Below are positions 17,985-27,292 of a stretch of 64,000 nucleotides of DNA, in pieces; the stretch's first letter is position 1; every line of letters begins with the position of its first letter. Source of the stretch: Acidobacteriota bacterium (GTDB lineage Bacteria; Acidobacteriota; Terriglobia; 20CM-2-55-15); NCBI GenBank assembly GCA_022821145.1, contig JAJEEE010000084.1:10295-74294 (forward strand), written 5' to 3'. The notes beneath the pieces are model-generated. The model was given only the letters and a program-made list of their open reading frames with translations, was not told the DNA's origin and made no database searches. The position numbers and the translations under genes are program-made.

Positions 17985-20516
17985 CTACCTGCTGACGTTG
18001 ATCCTGGTTCCACCAGCCGGACCGCCGGCGCCCGGACCGCCGGGGCCGCCGGTGCTGGCCGCACCGCTGGCGTCCGCGACCACAAGCTTGACCCACAGGG
18101 CCTCGTCATCGCGGTAGTGTGACGTCTCGCTGGCGTCGCGCAGCGCAGCCAGGCTGCTTTGTTCCGCGCCCACGGCGGCGGTTGTGAACTCGGGAAGCTC
18201 GAAAATCACGAAGGAGCCCGGGTCCATTTCCTGCAAGGAGAGGGACAGCGTCTCCCTGGATGTCTCGACCCGGACCTCGGCGCCGCTGCCGATCGTGGTT
18301 CCCCCGTTGTATTCGAACCGCCTGCCATTGCGTTGGAGGATGATCGGATTGGTAATGGGGCCCGTCTGGAACCCGCTGAAATTGCCGGCGATGCTCAAGC
18401 GGCCCATGTCCCCCGTGCACACGGCGGCGTTCCAGGACTGCCTGATCTCACAGACGTCTTCGTCGGATGCGATTCCGTTGTCGATGACTATGTAGGCGCC
18501 GGGAGTGCCGCTGACCGAGCCGTCCACGTCATGGAACGCCGCACTCCTGTAGGCGGCGCTGCGTCCGTAATCGGACGCCCAACGGCGTTGGATCGGAGGG
18601 AAGCTGACCGGCTTGGCGTTGACGAATGTCGCGCCCTCGACCCAGTTGTTGGTGCTCATGCCGAAGCTGGTGAACAACAGGTAGGAGAGTGCGCCCGCAT
18701 CGCGAAGCTCGTTGGGCTCGTAGTTCACGAAAGTGACGTTTTCCACTTCGTGGTGGAAATCGTAGAACTCGTAGCCGCGAATCGGGAAATCCGGGGCCGC
18801 GGACGGCAGGCTGCGGCCGTAAGCCACTTCCTCGGGACTGGTGGGGTTTCCTACGTTGTCGCTCTCCCCCACGAACAGAGAGTCGACGACCCGCGACGTG
18901 TAGGGCGCGGCGCCGACAATGCCGGCCGCATGGGTAAAGCCGATCGCGTTGTCGGCCAGTTTCAAATTGGTGTACAGGTGCATCTCACCGCGGCCCCAGA
19001 CGGCGCCATTGCGGTTCTTGTAGCCGGTGAAATCATCGAAGTGCGCCACCACCACCTCGCTGTTCTCATCGGCGGGATCGGCGCGGCTGACAAGGTTGGG
19101 GCCGGCGATACCGAACGTGCCGTCGGGGCGGGGGCCGCGGTCGAGCATCAGGCCATCGAAATTGGAGTGGGCGGTATTGCCTCTGAACTCCCGCAGCCTG
19201 GACCGTCCGGGCCAGGTATTGGCGCTGATCTCCGTGCCTTCGAACGCCCCGATCGGATGCGTGGGAAAGGCCATCCAGTAGCCGACCTGGTCGGAACCCG
19301 CCGCCACGTTGTCACGGTAGATGTTGTCGGGGTGCGTGATCCAGAAAGTGGAGGCGGTGTTGTCCGAGGGGATCAGGACATGCTCGGACCGCTGGCCCTC
19401 CGTGGACTGATGAGGCAGAAAAAGGTTGGTCGGGTTGCAGGGCAAGGTCGGATGGCACTTGGTCTGGATTCCCAGGTTGCGAACGACCTGGTTGCCCGTC
19501 TCGATGCCGTCTTCCATGAAGAAGCAGTGCCCCACGGTGTTGTAGGTGACATTGTTCTCGACGAGCAGATTATCCGTGCCATGAATGGTCACGCAGCGGT
19601 TGAACGTGTCGTGAATCGCGGAGTTCTTGATGTATTGCCCCGTCACGTCGCCGTTGAGATGCCAGTGGATCGGGTACCGGGCGAGCTCCAGATGCTGACC
19701 CATTCGAGTCAACTCGATGCCGGCGACATTCATCGTGCTCCCGTCCATCGCCATGATATGCCCGCCGAAATAGGAGTCTTCGGAGTCGGCGGAAGCCTGA
19801 ATCTTGATATTGCGCGTCAGCAAACCGACTTCGCCGCGTTGATCGACGTCGAACGTGATCTCGCCGAAATGCATGTATTCGAGCGGCTGATCCAGCGTGA
19901 TCACATTGCCCTGAACACCGGAAATGAGCCGCTTCTCCGCCTGCCTCGGGTTGAAATCCGTGGACGCCAGAACAATCGCGTCACCGACTCGCCACTGGCT
20001 CGCGTCGAGAACTTCGATCGTGGTGGCGCCCGCCTCGGCGGTTGCCGCCAGCTTGGTCCACGCGTTTTCCCGATCACCGTACAGGCTCAGCACTCCGCCT
20101 TGAATCAGGATCCCGCGGTCACCCATTTCGTTGATGTTCTCATCCGGAACATTGTCGGTCAGGGTTATCGTCGCATTGCGCGTGTGAGGATCCGTTTCAC
20201 TGCCGGCATGCAGCTCGCCGCGCAGCAGAATCCACTCGGTCGTGAACTCGACATCGTTCTCGTTGGAAAAGCTGAGCTGTCCGTCGAGATTCATCCCGTG
20301 CAGCGCCGGCGGGCTGACGTCGAGGACGACGTCCATGCCCTCGCCGATGGTGACGATGTCACCCTCCCCCGGGACCGCGCCGTCCGACCAGGTGGACGGA
20401 TCCGACCAGAGTCCCCCGCTGACCGCCGAGGCGCCTTGCTCCTGCGCTGCGGCGCTGACGGCGAAACAGGCTGAAACCAGCAATGAGAAAAGAGACAAGC
20501 GATTGCGAATTTGCAT
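17985..20516 (-). CDS. G8-domain / right-handed beta-helix secreted protein
   Basis: Start refined to MQIRNRLSLFSLLVSACFAVSAAAQ (GGGGAG RBS). GGLWSDPSTWSDGAVPGEGDIVTI is the G8 domain start. Parallel beta-helix repeats follow. C-terminal Gly/Pro-rich tail. Confidence 0.75.
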   Translation of the reverse strand: MQIRNRLSLFSLLVSACFAVSAAAQEQGASAVSGGLWSDPSTWSDGAVPGEGDIVTIGEGMDVVLDVSPPALHGMNLDGQLSFSNENDVEFTTEWILLRGELHAGSETDPHTRNATITLTDNVPDENINEMGDRGILIQGGVLSLYGDRENAWTKLAATAEAGATTIEVLDASQWRVGDAIVLASTDFNPRQAEKRLISGVQGNVITLDQPLEYMHFGEITFDVDQRGEVGLLTRNIKIQASADSEDSYFGGHIMAMDGSTMNVAGIELTRMGQHLELARYPIHWHLNGDVTGQYIKNSAIHDTFNRCVTIHGTDNLLVENNVTYNTVGHCFFMEDGIETGNQVVRNLGIQTKCHPTLPCNPTNLFLPHQSTEGQRSEHVLIPSDNTASTFWITHPDNIYRDNVAAGSDQVGYWMAFPTHPIGAFEGTEISANTWPGRSRLREFRGNTAHSNFDGLMLDRGPRPDGTFGIAGPNLVSRADPADENSEVVVAHFDDFTGYKNRNGAVWGRGEMHLYTNLKLADNAIGFTHAAGIVGAAPYTSRVVDSLFVGESDNVGNPTSPEEVAYGRSLPSAAPDFPIRGYEFYDFHHEVENVTFVNYEPNELRDAGALSYLLFTSFGMSTNNWVEGATFVNAKPVSFPPIQRRWASDYGRSAAYRSAAFHDVDGSVSGTPGAYIVIDNGIASDEDVCEIRQSWNAAVCTGDMGRLSIAGNFSGFQTGPITNPIILQRNGRRFEYNGGTTIGSGAEVRVETSRETLSLSLQEMDPGSFVIFELPEFTTAAVGAEQSSLAALRDASETSHYRDDEALWVKLVVADASGAASTGGPGGPGAGGPAGGTRINVSR

Positions 20517-20719
20517 GGATCTAGACTCCCCGTACCGACCCAGGTTTCTCGGACACGAGTAACATACCATAGTCACGCGGACGGTTCGAAGGCAAGACGG
20601 CCGCGCGCATCAGGCGCGGCAGCCGCACCTTCGATGGCCGGACGCCGGCCATGCTGGGGCGCGCCCGGATGTTGCGACGACCTTCCCCGCTCAACGGCGA
20701 CGCGGCGATCACCTGCCGG

Positions 20720-20943
20720 ATCTTTATCCGCTCCCGCGACAGCTCGTTGTCCATTACCAGACCCGTCACGGCCGATTTCAGCGTCTGGGTCTCCTCGTCG
20801 ACCGCCTCCGCGAGGCGGCTTTTCAATCCTGCCTCGTCGGCCGCCGGATACGCGTATCGCCACCGCATCAGCGTCGCCGCCGTCACCCCGTGCTTTCGGC
20901 TCGTCGCCTCCAATTCGGCCCCGCGCAACGGTTCCAAGACCAC
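20720..20943 (-). mobile_element. IS3/IS911-family transposase OrfA remnant (5'-truncated, no OrfB)
   Basis: VLEPLRGAELEATSRKHGVTAATLMRWRYAY...LKSRLAEAVDEETQTLKSAVTGLVMDNELSRERIK matches the HTH plus leucine-zipper region of IS3 OrfA. It lacks the first 25 or so residues and any DDE catalytic part. Confidence 0.45.
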
Positions 20944-21014
20944 CGTGGCCTTCCAGCGCGCCGACCACCGACCCTCCGAAACACTCCCCGGGGGCGCACC
21001 AGAGGGGAAGTTCG

Positions 21015-21855
21015 ATGAAACGCATCACTCCGGTTTGGATCGTGCTGACCGCCGCTCTGCTCGTCCCGACAGCCGCGTTCGCCCAAATTGCCTGCACGCG
21101 CGACGGGTTGCAGAACGCGGTCGATCTCTACATCGCTGCCCAGACCTCGGGGGATCGATCCGGCCTGCCGCTGCCGCCGGGCGTGGGCTACATGGAGAAC
21201 GTGGCGATCGCCGACATCGAGACCGGCCTGATCAACACGCCGATGGTGATCGACCACCACCGCAGCCTGTTCGACACGGACACCTGCCCGACCTTCACGG
21301 AAGTGATCGTGACGGACGAGGACGCGCCCTACGTCCTCGGCACGCGACTCCGCGTCAACGGCGACAAGATCGCCGAGATCGAGATCCTGTGGACCACGAC
21401 GGGCTACTGGCTGTTCGACGCCGACGCGTACCTGCAGTATTCCTCGACGGAGGACTGGGGCCCGATCCCGGTCGCGGACCGCGACTCGCGCGGCACGCTG
21501 GTGGCCGTCGCCAACGCCTATCTCGACGCGTTTCTGGAAGGGAACACGGACATCGTGCCATGGGGTTATCCCTACGTCCGCACCGAAGGCGGCACGTACA
21601 CCGGCACGGGTTCGGACGACGACACCTGCGCGGTCGGCGTCCCCAGCGGCGTCAACAGCGCCAACCGCCGATTCGTCGTGGACGAGACCATCGGGTCTGT
21701 CGTCGTGTTCTGCACGTTCGGTGCCGGCACCCCGGGCGGCGGCAGCGGCGCGCCCGCCACGCACCTGCTTCCGGGTGGAGAACGGCGTCCTGCGCTACGT
21801 CCACACGTCGACGCACCTGCTGATGTCGGACTTCGGGGGCGGGGCGGACAACTAG
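21015..21855 (+). pseudogene. Paralog copy 2 of the secreted hypothetical protein, with a 1-nt insertion near the 3' end (about 21770) shifting the frame
   Basis: About 88% nt identity to 11719..12567 starting about 45 bp upstream of the ATG. CTGCTTCCGGGTGGAG here versus CTGTTCCGGCTGGAG in copy 1. The original frame resumes to ...SDFGGGADN* ending at 21855. Could be a sequencing error. Confidence 0.5.
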
Positions 21856-21897
21856 CTTCGTCAAAGAAGGCGCCAAGACGTTGCGAAAAATTCGGCA

Positions 21898-21927
21898 CGG
21901 ACCAGTGGGCACCGTCCCACTGGTCCG
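21898..21927. terminator. Bidirectional hairpin terminator between paralog 2 and the convergent DUF2075 gene
   Basis: CGGACCAGTGGG caccgt CCCACTGGTCCG: a 12-bp perfect stem followed by GATTTCAG. Confidence 0.55.
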
Positions 21928-21947
21928 GATTTCAGCATTGGGCACGA

Positions 21948-23951
21948 TCACCTAATGTCAGTGCACCCGGCCTGGCGGAGGATCCGTGCAACTTGATCGA
22001 ATTCCGTTGGTTGTCGCGTCGAATCGGCCGCATCACCAACGGGAACGAGTATCGCCATTCCTGCACGTGCACGGGTGAGCAGTACCCTGTAAGTGTTGAT
22101 TCGATGCTGACGGGTCTTCGGCTCCTTGACATTGCTCCATCTTGGGGCGCGAATCTTGCGTGGGATCCATTGATCGCCACGCCAAATCAGGTCGTTCCCC
22201 CAGCAGACACCGGCGTAATCAACTTCGAGCCCCTGGCAAACAAATTCCGAAAGCGGCACCTCGAGGGCATTCGACGAGCGGAAGTCACCTGTCGGCCGCA
22301 AGAACCAGTGGACGACTTGTTGTAATTCGTTGGACCTTGGGGACGGCGGAATACCGTCTGCAATAAGCCTCTTAGCGCCAGAACTTACGAGCAGCCCAAC
22401 CCGCCGCTCTCCCCGCTTCCGCTCCGATAGCCAAGCTCGCAAAGTAGCAACGTCACGCGTTATGTGTGCTGGAGGCTGCTGCATTTCGTTGGCTATACGA
22501 GCCGCATCTTCGATCCGGCCGATCAGGAGCGCTTCAACCCAACGTCCGTGGAGAGGGTTCCTGTAGGCTCGCAAATTGGTTTCGAGATGGAGACTTGGAT
22601 CCAAGTGAAATTCAAGTTCTCTGATATCGACCGTATCGCCCAAACCCTTAAGGCCACCCCGTTCATGCAGCGCTGCCTTGCTGGCGTATCCCGACCATCC
22701 GTCAACGTCCGCGATTGCTTGTGCCCACAGTGGAAGTCCACCCTCACCGCGATTAATCTCTTGGCCGGGGCCGACCAAGCAAACCAAACAGGCCCAACGA
22801 AGGCGGCCCATGATTTCGAGGAACAGTTGCGGCTCTGAGACCTCTCGACCCAAGAGTCGGAGCCCAGACTGCGCATCCCACGCACGCTGCGCCTCGTCGA
22901 AGACAACTACATGTTCCGGAGGTTTCGACCGGGGATCTTGGTGATCCTTGAGATAGCCGAGAAGAGTCTGGAGGGCTTGCTGTGCCTGCCGTTGAGCGTC
23001 TCGTTTGGATGTTCCAATCCGCTTTTTCGCATCCTCTGCGATCGCTTCCTGGAGCACGTAGACCAGAGGCCGATTGCCGCTAAGCAGCACGGCCGGTTCA
23101 CCGGCCACACGGCCCGACATGCCCGCAAAAACGAGGTCCAAACCGAGAAGAGTCTTGCCTGAACCCGGCTCTCCAGTGACAAAACAAACGATCTTCTTAC
23201 GCTCGGAACGCGCGAACTCGACAAGTTCGGCCAATCGTCTGGACGTGCGCGTTATCGCTTCGCCGGATGCATCCGCTCGGCCAATTTCCTTAACGGAATG
23301 ACCGGCATAGAGCGAACGTGCTGCTGTCACAATGTCAGGTGTGGGATTGTACGAGGCGGAGTCAAAAGTGGACCAAGAAATCTGCTTGCCCATAGCAAGA
23401 TGAGCGATGGAGTTTAAGGCGTCGCTCAAGCTCTCCGAGTTGGCCAAGACGCAACTGCTGACTGTCTCGAGACAATTCAGTTTGTGAGTGCAAGCGCTGT
23501 TTGGCCCGTGTTCCACACAGAGCAATGGAACAATTCGACGTGTCTTGCAGTCCTCATGAAAGTCTCTTAGGCACAAGGCATAGTCGACCGCCTGGTCAAC
23601 ATCGCTTGTAACGAACGCGGTGCCCCCGGTTTTGAACTCCAAGCAGATGACCCAGTCTTTGATCAACAGCACTGTGTCGATCCGCCGTCCGAGTCGGAGC
23701 AGTGGATATTCTAGGAGAATTCCCCATTTCAGACTGTCTTGTCGAGTAACAGCGAGGGCTTGACGCAATATACGGATCTGGGAGCGCCATGCTTCAATTT
23801 GCTGGGATTCGTCTCCTGTGTGCTCGATACTCACCCTAGTGGCCAAGAACCCGATCACATGGTCGGGATCGCTCGCGAGAAACCGCTCCACCGTCGATCC
23901 GAAGAAAGCTTTTTTCGACGAACGTGATTCAACGCTGTGCATTGATGCCAA
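21948..23951 (-). CDS. DUF2075 (Schlafen-like SF1 ATPase) protein with an N-terminal PD-(D/E)xK nuclease-like domain; candidate stand-alone defence protein
   Basis: Walker A CFVTGEPGSGKT and the characteristic C-terminal TYRVLLTRARAGMAILVP motif identify DUF2075. N-terminus has E...RIDTVLL...CLEFK (D/ExK). The gene region is AT-richer than the flanks. Confidence 0.8.
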   Translation of the reverse strand: MASMHSVESRSSKKAFFGSTVERFLASDPDHVIGFLATRVSIEHTGDESQQIEAWRSQIRILRQALAVTRQDSLKWGILLEYPLLRLGRRIDTVLLIKDWVICLEFKTGGTAFVTSDVDQAVDYALCLRDFHEDCKTRRIVPLLCVEHGPNSACTHKLNCLETVSSCVLANSESLSDALNSIAHLAMGKQISWSTFDSASYNPTPDIVTAARSLYAGHSVKEIGRADASGEAITRTSRRLAELVEFARSERKKIVCFVTGEPGSGKTLLGLDLVFAGMSGRVAGEPAVLLSGNRPLVYVLQEAIAEDAKKRIGTSKRDAQRQAQQALQTLLGYLKDHQDPRSKPPEHVVVFDEAQRAWDAQSGLRLLGREVSEPQLFLEIMGRLRWACLVCLVGPGQEINRGEGGLPLWAQAIADVDGWSGYASKAALHERGGLKGLGDTVDIRELEFHLDPSLHLETNLRAYRNPLHGRWVEALLIGRIEDAARIANEMQQPPAHITRDVATLRAWLSERKRGERRVGLLVSSGAKRLIADGIPPSPRSNELQQVVHWFLRPTGDFRSSNALEVPLSEFVCQGLEVDYAGVCWGNDLIWRGDQWIPRKIRAPRWSNVKEPKTRQHRINTYRVLLTRARAGMAILVPVGDAADSTRQPTEFDQVARILRQAGCTDIR

Positions 23952-24086
23952 TGAAAGTGGGTCAGTGGAGTAAGGGCTTAAGCGTACGGGCCGCTGCCGA
24001 CCGACGTGCTTGCGTCTAACGGACTGCTAATCCAGGCGCAGAGCACAGTCGCGTCTTCGCGACACGCTTCAGACGACACGTCGACG

Positions 24087-24335
24087 TCAGGGAGAACGCC
24101 CGTCGCCATCAATGACGTCTTGTAAGGACGCCGTGTCGATCAAATCAACGCCCGGCCTGACCCCGGTTCCATGAAACACGGGAAGCTCAACCGTAGGACG
24201 CTCGGTTGCGCCGCGCCGCGACAGGGACTCACGGAGGGCATCGTGGATGACGGCCGTCAACGTCCGTCCCGATTCCGCTGCGATGCGCCTCAACTCGGCG
24301 AAGAGGTCGTCGTCCAAACGCATGATCACGCGCAT
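24087..24335 (-). CDS. RHH antitoxin (VapB-like), orphan
   Basis: MRVIMRLDDDLFAELRRIAAESGRTLTAVIHDALRESLSRR...LPVFHGTGVRPGVDLIDTASLQDVIDGDG matches the mycobacterial VapB pattern. Only 135 bp separate it from the DUF2075 gene and no PIN toxin is present. Confidence 0.6.
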   Translation of the reverse strand: MRVIMRLDDDLFAELRRIAAESGRTLTAVIHDALRESLSRRGATERPTVELPVFHGTGVRPGVDLIDTASLQDVIDGDGRSP

Positions 24336-24470
24336 ATGCAACAAGTTACTCGCATAACCTGTCGTTATCAAACGCTCGGCGGTTGCGAACGTCGATCTCC
24401 GGCTCACGGAAGGAACCGATTCCACTCTCTCAGCGTACGTGATTGGCGCGAGCCAGAAAGGCCCGTTGGA

Positions 24471-26945
24471 TCAGGGGTCGGACAGCCCCGCCCCCATGAT
24501 CCGGGTGCGTAGCGCCTCGACGCTCGATTCCCGGCCCTGGAACAGGTCGGCCGGGAACCGGAGATGAGCGAGGATCGAGTCGCGGATCGGCGTTCCCAGG
24601 TTGTTGTTGAACCCGGCGCCCGCCAGGTACTGGAGGCGCAGGTTCCGGTCGGTGTTGATCCGGGCGCCGGCGGCCCACTCCCGCAGATCCGCGCCGCGCC
24701 CGGAGTACGTTTCCAGTACGTCCGGAACCGATCGGTAACCGACTCCCGCCAGTGACGTTTTGACCGCGTCGAAGGCCGCGCTGTCGATACGGTCCTGCCA
24801 GGCGTCGACGTCGATCGGCGTGGCCGCCGCATCCTCGGCGCGCCCGGCCAGCACCAGGTCGTAGCCCCGCCCGTCGAGGGTGTCGTTCCGCCAGACCGTG
24901 CCGTCGGGAAAGACCTCGAGAAACGTCGCGATCACGCTCCGCACGGCGTCGGGAGTACTTTCGTACAACGGCACCCACTGCGTCACGACGCCGCCCGGAT
25001 TGAGGCGCGCCTTCACGTGCTGGAAGTACTCCCGCGTGTACAGCGTGGCCGCGCCCTTCACCCAGGGGTGGATCGGGTCCGACGTGATGATGTCGAACGT
25101 CTCCCGGGTCGTGAGCACGTAGTGGCGGGCGTCGTCGTACACGAACTCGACCCTGCGATCGGCCGCCGCGTCGTGGTTGACGTCGCGGAAGTACGTCGAC
25201 ACGACTCGTGGAATCAACGGCTCCAGCTCGCATACGACGATGCGCTCGACTGTGGGGTGGGTGCCGACGGCGCCGGTGGTGACGCCCGAGCCGAAGCCGA
25301 CGACGAGCGCGCTGCGCGGTCCGTCGCCGTGCATCAACGCCGCCAGGTGACCCAGCAGGCGCTGGAGGCGCATGTCCTGCGGTTCGGTGGAGGCCTCGAC
25401 CTTGCCGCTGACGTGGAAGTTGCGTTGGCCGTTGAAGTCCTCGGTCACGGCGACGGACGCGTTGATGCCTTCGCCCACGTACAGGGCGTTGGGTGGGCCC
25501 TGCCATGGGAGTTGCCGGCCCCACGCCACAAGTCCCGCCGGTACCGTCGGCACGCGGGATGCGGTCCAGACGCCCGCACCGAGCAGGAGGGCAAACGCTG
25601 TGGCCGCGCTTCGGCCCGCCGTGGCGAACCGTTCTCCGTGGGATGTCCGTAAAGCCGGCGCCAACGCAACGGCTGCCGAGACCATCGAGACGGCGGCCAA
25701 CAGGCGCTGGGCGCCGCCGGTTCCCAGGAGGGGGATGCCGGCCAGACCGACGAGAAGCGCGCCGAATATGGCGCCGAGCGTGTTGGCGGCGTAGAGGCGG
25801 CCGACGACAGCGCCTGTGTCGCCGGACGGAAGCGCGGCGGCGGCCACGGCCAGGGGGAAGCTCGCGCCCCAGAGCAATGCGGCGGGCAGCATTGCGACGA
25901 GCGCGCGGGCGAAGTCGATCTGGAAGTGGAACCAGACGCTGGGAGCGAGCGACGGATCGACGGGCCAGTAGGGGAGCTGGCCGGCGGCCATCCACGCGCC
26001 GTATGCGATGGCGAAGGCCAACGCGAGCTGCGTCCACGCCAGGGCGGCGCGGGCGTGAGTGGTTGTCCGGGCGATCAGGGCGCCGGCGGCGCTGCCGATG
26101 CCGAGACCCATGAGGAAGACGGCGAGGATGACCGAGAAGGCATAGGTGGTGCCGCCGAACAGGAGCGAGAGCAGGCGCGTCCAAGCGACCTCCGCGCCGA
26201 GCGCGGTAAAGCCCGACAGCGCGATGGCGGCGTGGACGCCGCGCGGCGCCCACGGCCGGGCCGGCGGGGTCCGCGGGGGCGCTTCCGGTTCGTCGCTGGT
26301 TTCGGGCGGGGCGTACCGGGCGCGCTTCGAGAGCAGGTAGGCGCCGGCGGCAACGACGGCGTTGACGGCGACGGCCGTCAGGGCCGCCGTCGTTACGTCA
26401 TGGACGCGCAGCAGGTAGAAACCGGCGGCGACACAGCCCGCCACCGCGCCCAGTATGTTGCCGCCGTAGACGTACCCGAGCCACGCGACGCCTTCGGGCG
26501 TGGCCCGAACGTATCGCGAAATCGCAGGCAGCGTGGCGCCCATCAGCATCGTGGGCGGCAGGAGCAGGATGCCGGCGGCGACGGCGCGGAGCGCGATGCT
26601 GGACGTGCCGCCGCCGTCGACGGCGGTGTAGAGGCGGCCCACGAGCGGCATCAGCACGATCAGCAGCGCGCCCGCCGCGGCGATCAAGACTTCGAGCGCC
26701 GCGTAGACGCGCAGCGGGTGCCGGGCGGGAGAAACCCACCGCGGCAGCAGCAGCGCGCCGGCGCACATCCCGCCCATGAAGGCGCCGAGCAGCACGGCCA
26801 ACGAAACGGCCGAGGCGCCGAGCACCAGCTCGAGCGTCTGGAACCAGGCGATCTCATAGATCAGCGCCGCGCAGCCGGAGGCGGCGAAAAGGAGCACCAT
26901 AGCGGGGAGGTAGCGGGCGGAGGGCGCGGCTTGCGACGAGTTCAT
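24471..26945 (-). CDS. Fused membrane (MFS-like) domain plus spermidine synthase-like polyamine aminopropyltransferase
   Basis: 12 or more TM helices N-terminally. C-terminal LVVGFGSGVTTG...VVCELEPLI...DDARHYV...FDIITSDPIHPW motifs are SpeE-like. This is a known fusion family. Confidence 0.8.
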   Translation of the reverse strand: MNSSQAAPSARYLPAMVLLFAASGCAALIYEIAWFQTLELVLGASAVSLAVLLGAFMGGMCAGALLLPRWVSPARHPLRVYAALEVLIAAAGALLIVLMPLVGRLYTAVDGGGTSSIALRAVAAGILLLPPTMLMGATLPAISRYVRATPEGVAWLGYVYGGNILGAVAGCVAAGFYLLRVHDVTTAALTAVAVNAVVAAGAYLLSKRARYAPPETSDEPEAPPRTPPARPWAPRGVHAAIALSGFTALGAEVAWTRLLSLLFGGTTYAFSVILAVFLMGLGIGSAAGALIARTTTHARAALAWTQLALAFAIAYGAWMAAGQLPYWPVDPSLAPSVWFHFQIDFARALVAMLPAALLWGASFPLAVAAAALPSGDTGAVVGRLYAANTLGAIFGALLVGLAGIPLLGTGGAQRLLAAVSMVSAAVALAPALRTSHGERFATAGRSAATAFALLLGAGVWTASRVPTVPAGLVAWGRQLPWQGPPNALYVGEGINASVAVTEDFNGQRNFHVSGKVEASTEPQDMRLQRLLGHLAALMHGDGPRSALVVGFGSGVTTGAVGTHPTVERIVVCELEPLIPRVVSTYFRDVNHDAAADRRVEFVYDDARHYVLTTRETFDIITSDPIHPWVKGAATLYTREYFQHVKARLNPGGVVTQWVPLYESTPDAVRSVIATFLEVFPDGTVWRNDTLDGRGYDLVLAGRAEDAAATPIDVDAWQDRIDSAAFDAVKTSLAGVGYRSVPDVLETYSGRGADLREWAAGARINTDRNLRLQYLAGAGFNNNLGTPIRDSILAHLRFPADLFQGRESSVEALRTRIMGAGLSDP

Positions 26946-26981
26946 GCGGGTACGGGTCGGGCGGTCGGTTTCGGTCGCGAT

Positions 26982-27227
26982 CTATCGCTTGATCCAGTCG
27001 CGAAGCGCCGTGTCGATCCGCTCCCGCCACCCCGGCCCGCCGGCCCGGAAATGGTCGATCACATCGCGTGACAACCGAATCGTCGTCGACACTCTCGGTC
27101 GAGTGGCGGGCGGACGACCCTGGCGGACAGGCGCCTTCGCGAACTCTTCCGGCCAGCCGTCACGGGACAGATCCGGTGCGGTGTCAGGATCGAAGTCGTG
27201 CGCGATAGAGCCGTCTTTCTCTCTCAT
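26982..27227 (-). CDS. BrnA-like (CopG/RHH-type) antitoxin, orphan (no BrnT upstream)
   Basis: MREKDGSIAHDFDPDT...PRVSTTIRLSRDVIDHFRAGGPGWRERIDTALRDWIKR resembles the BrnA signature (TIRLDxDVLxWFK..G.GYQTRIN..LR). GAGGAAAG RBS. It is the 3' part of a longer spurious ORF in the track. Confidence 0.5.
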   Translation of the reverse strand: MREKDGSIAHDFDPDTAPDLSRDGWPEEFAKAPVRQGRPPATRPRVSTTIRLSRDVIDHFRAGGPGWRERIDTALRDWIKR

Positions 27228-27292
27228 TGGCTTTCCTCGTGCCGATGGTCCGACGCATGTCGTCGCGAGCGTCCAGCTGTCGGCTTCCGGCG

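Noticed and set aside
18159-20474. 771-aa plus-strand ORF
   Set aside because: It is antisense to the G8 beta-helix gene, whose translation has clear domain structure.
20651-21823. 390-aa plus ORF and overlapping 293-aa minus ORF
   Set aside because: They are other frames over the paralog-2 gene. Arg-rich junk.
24430-26253. 607-aa minus ORF
   Set aside because: It is an alternative frame of the spermidine-synthase fusion gene.
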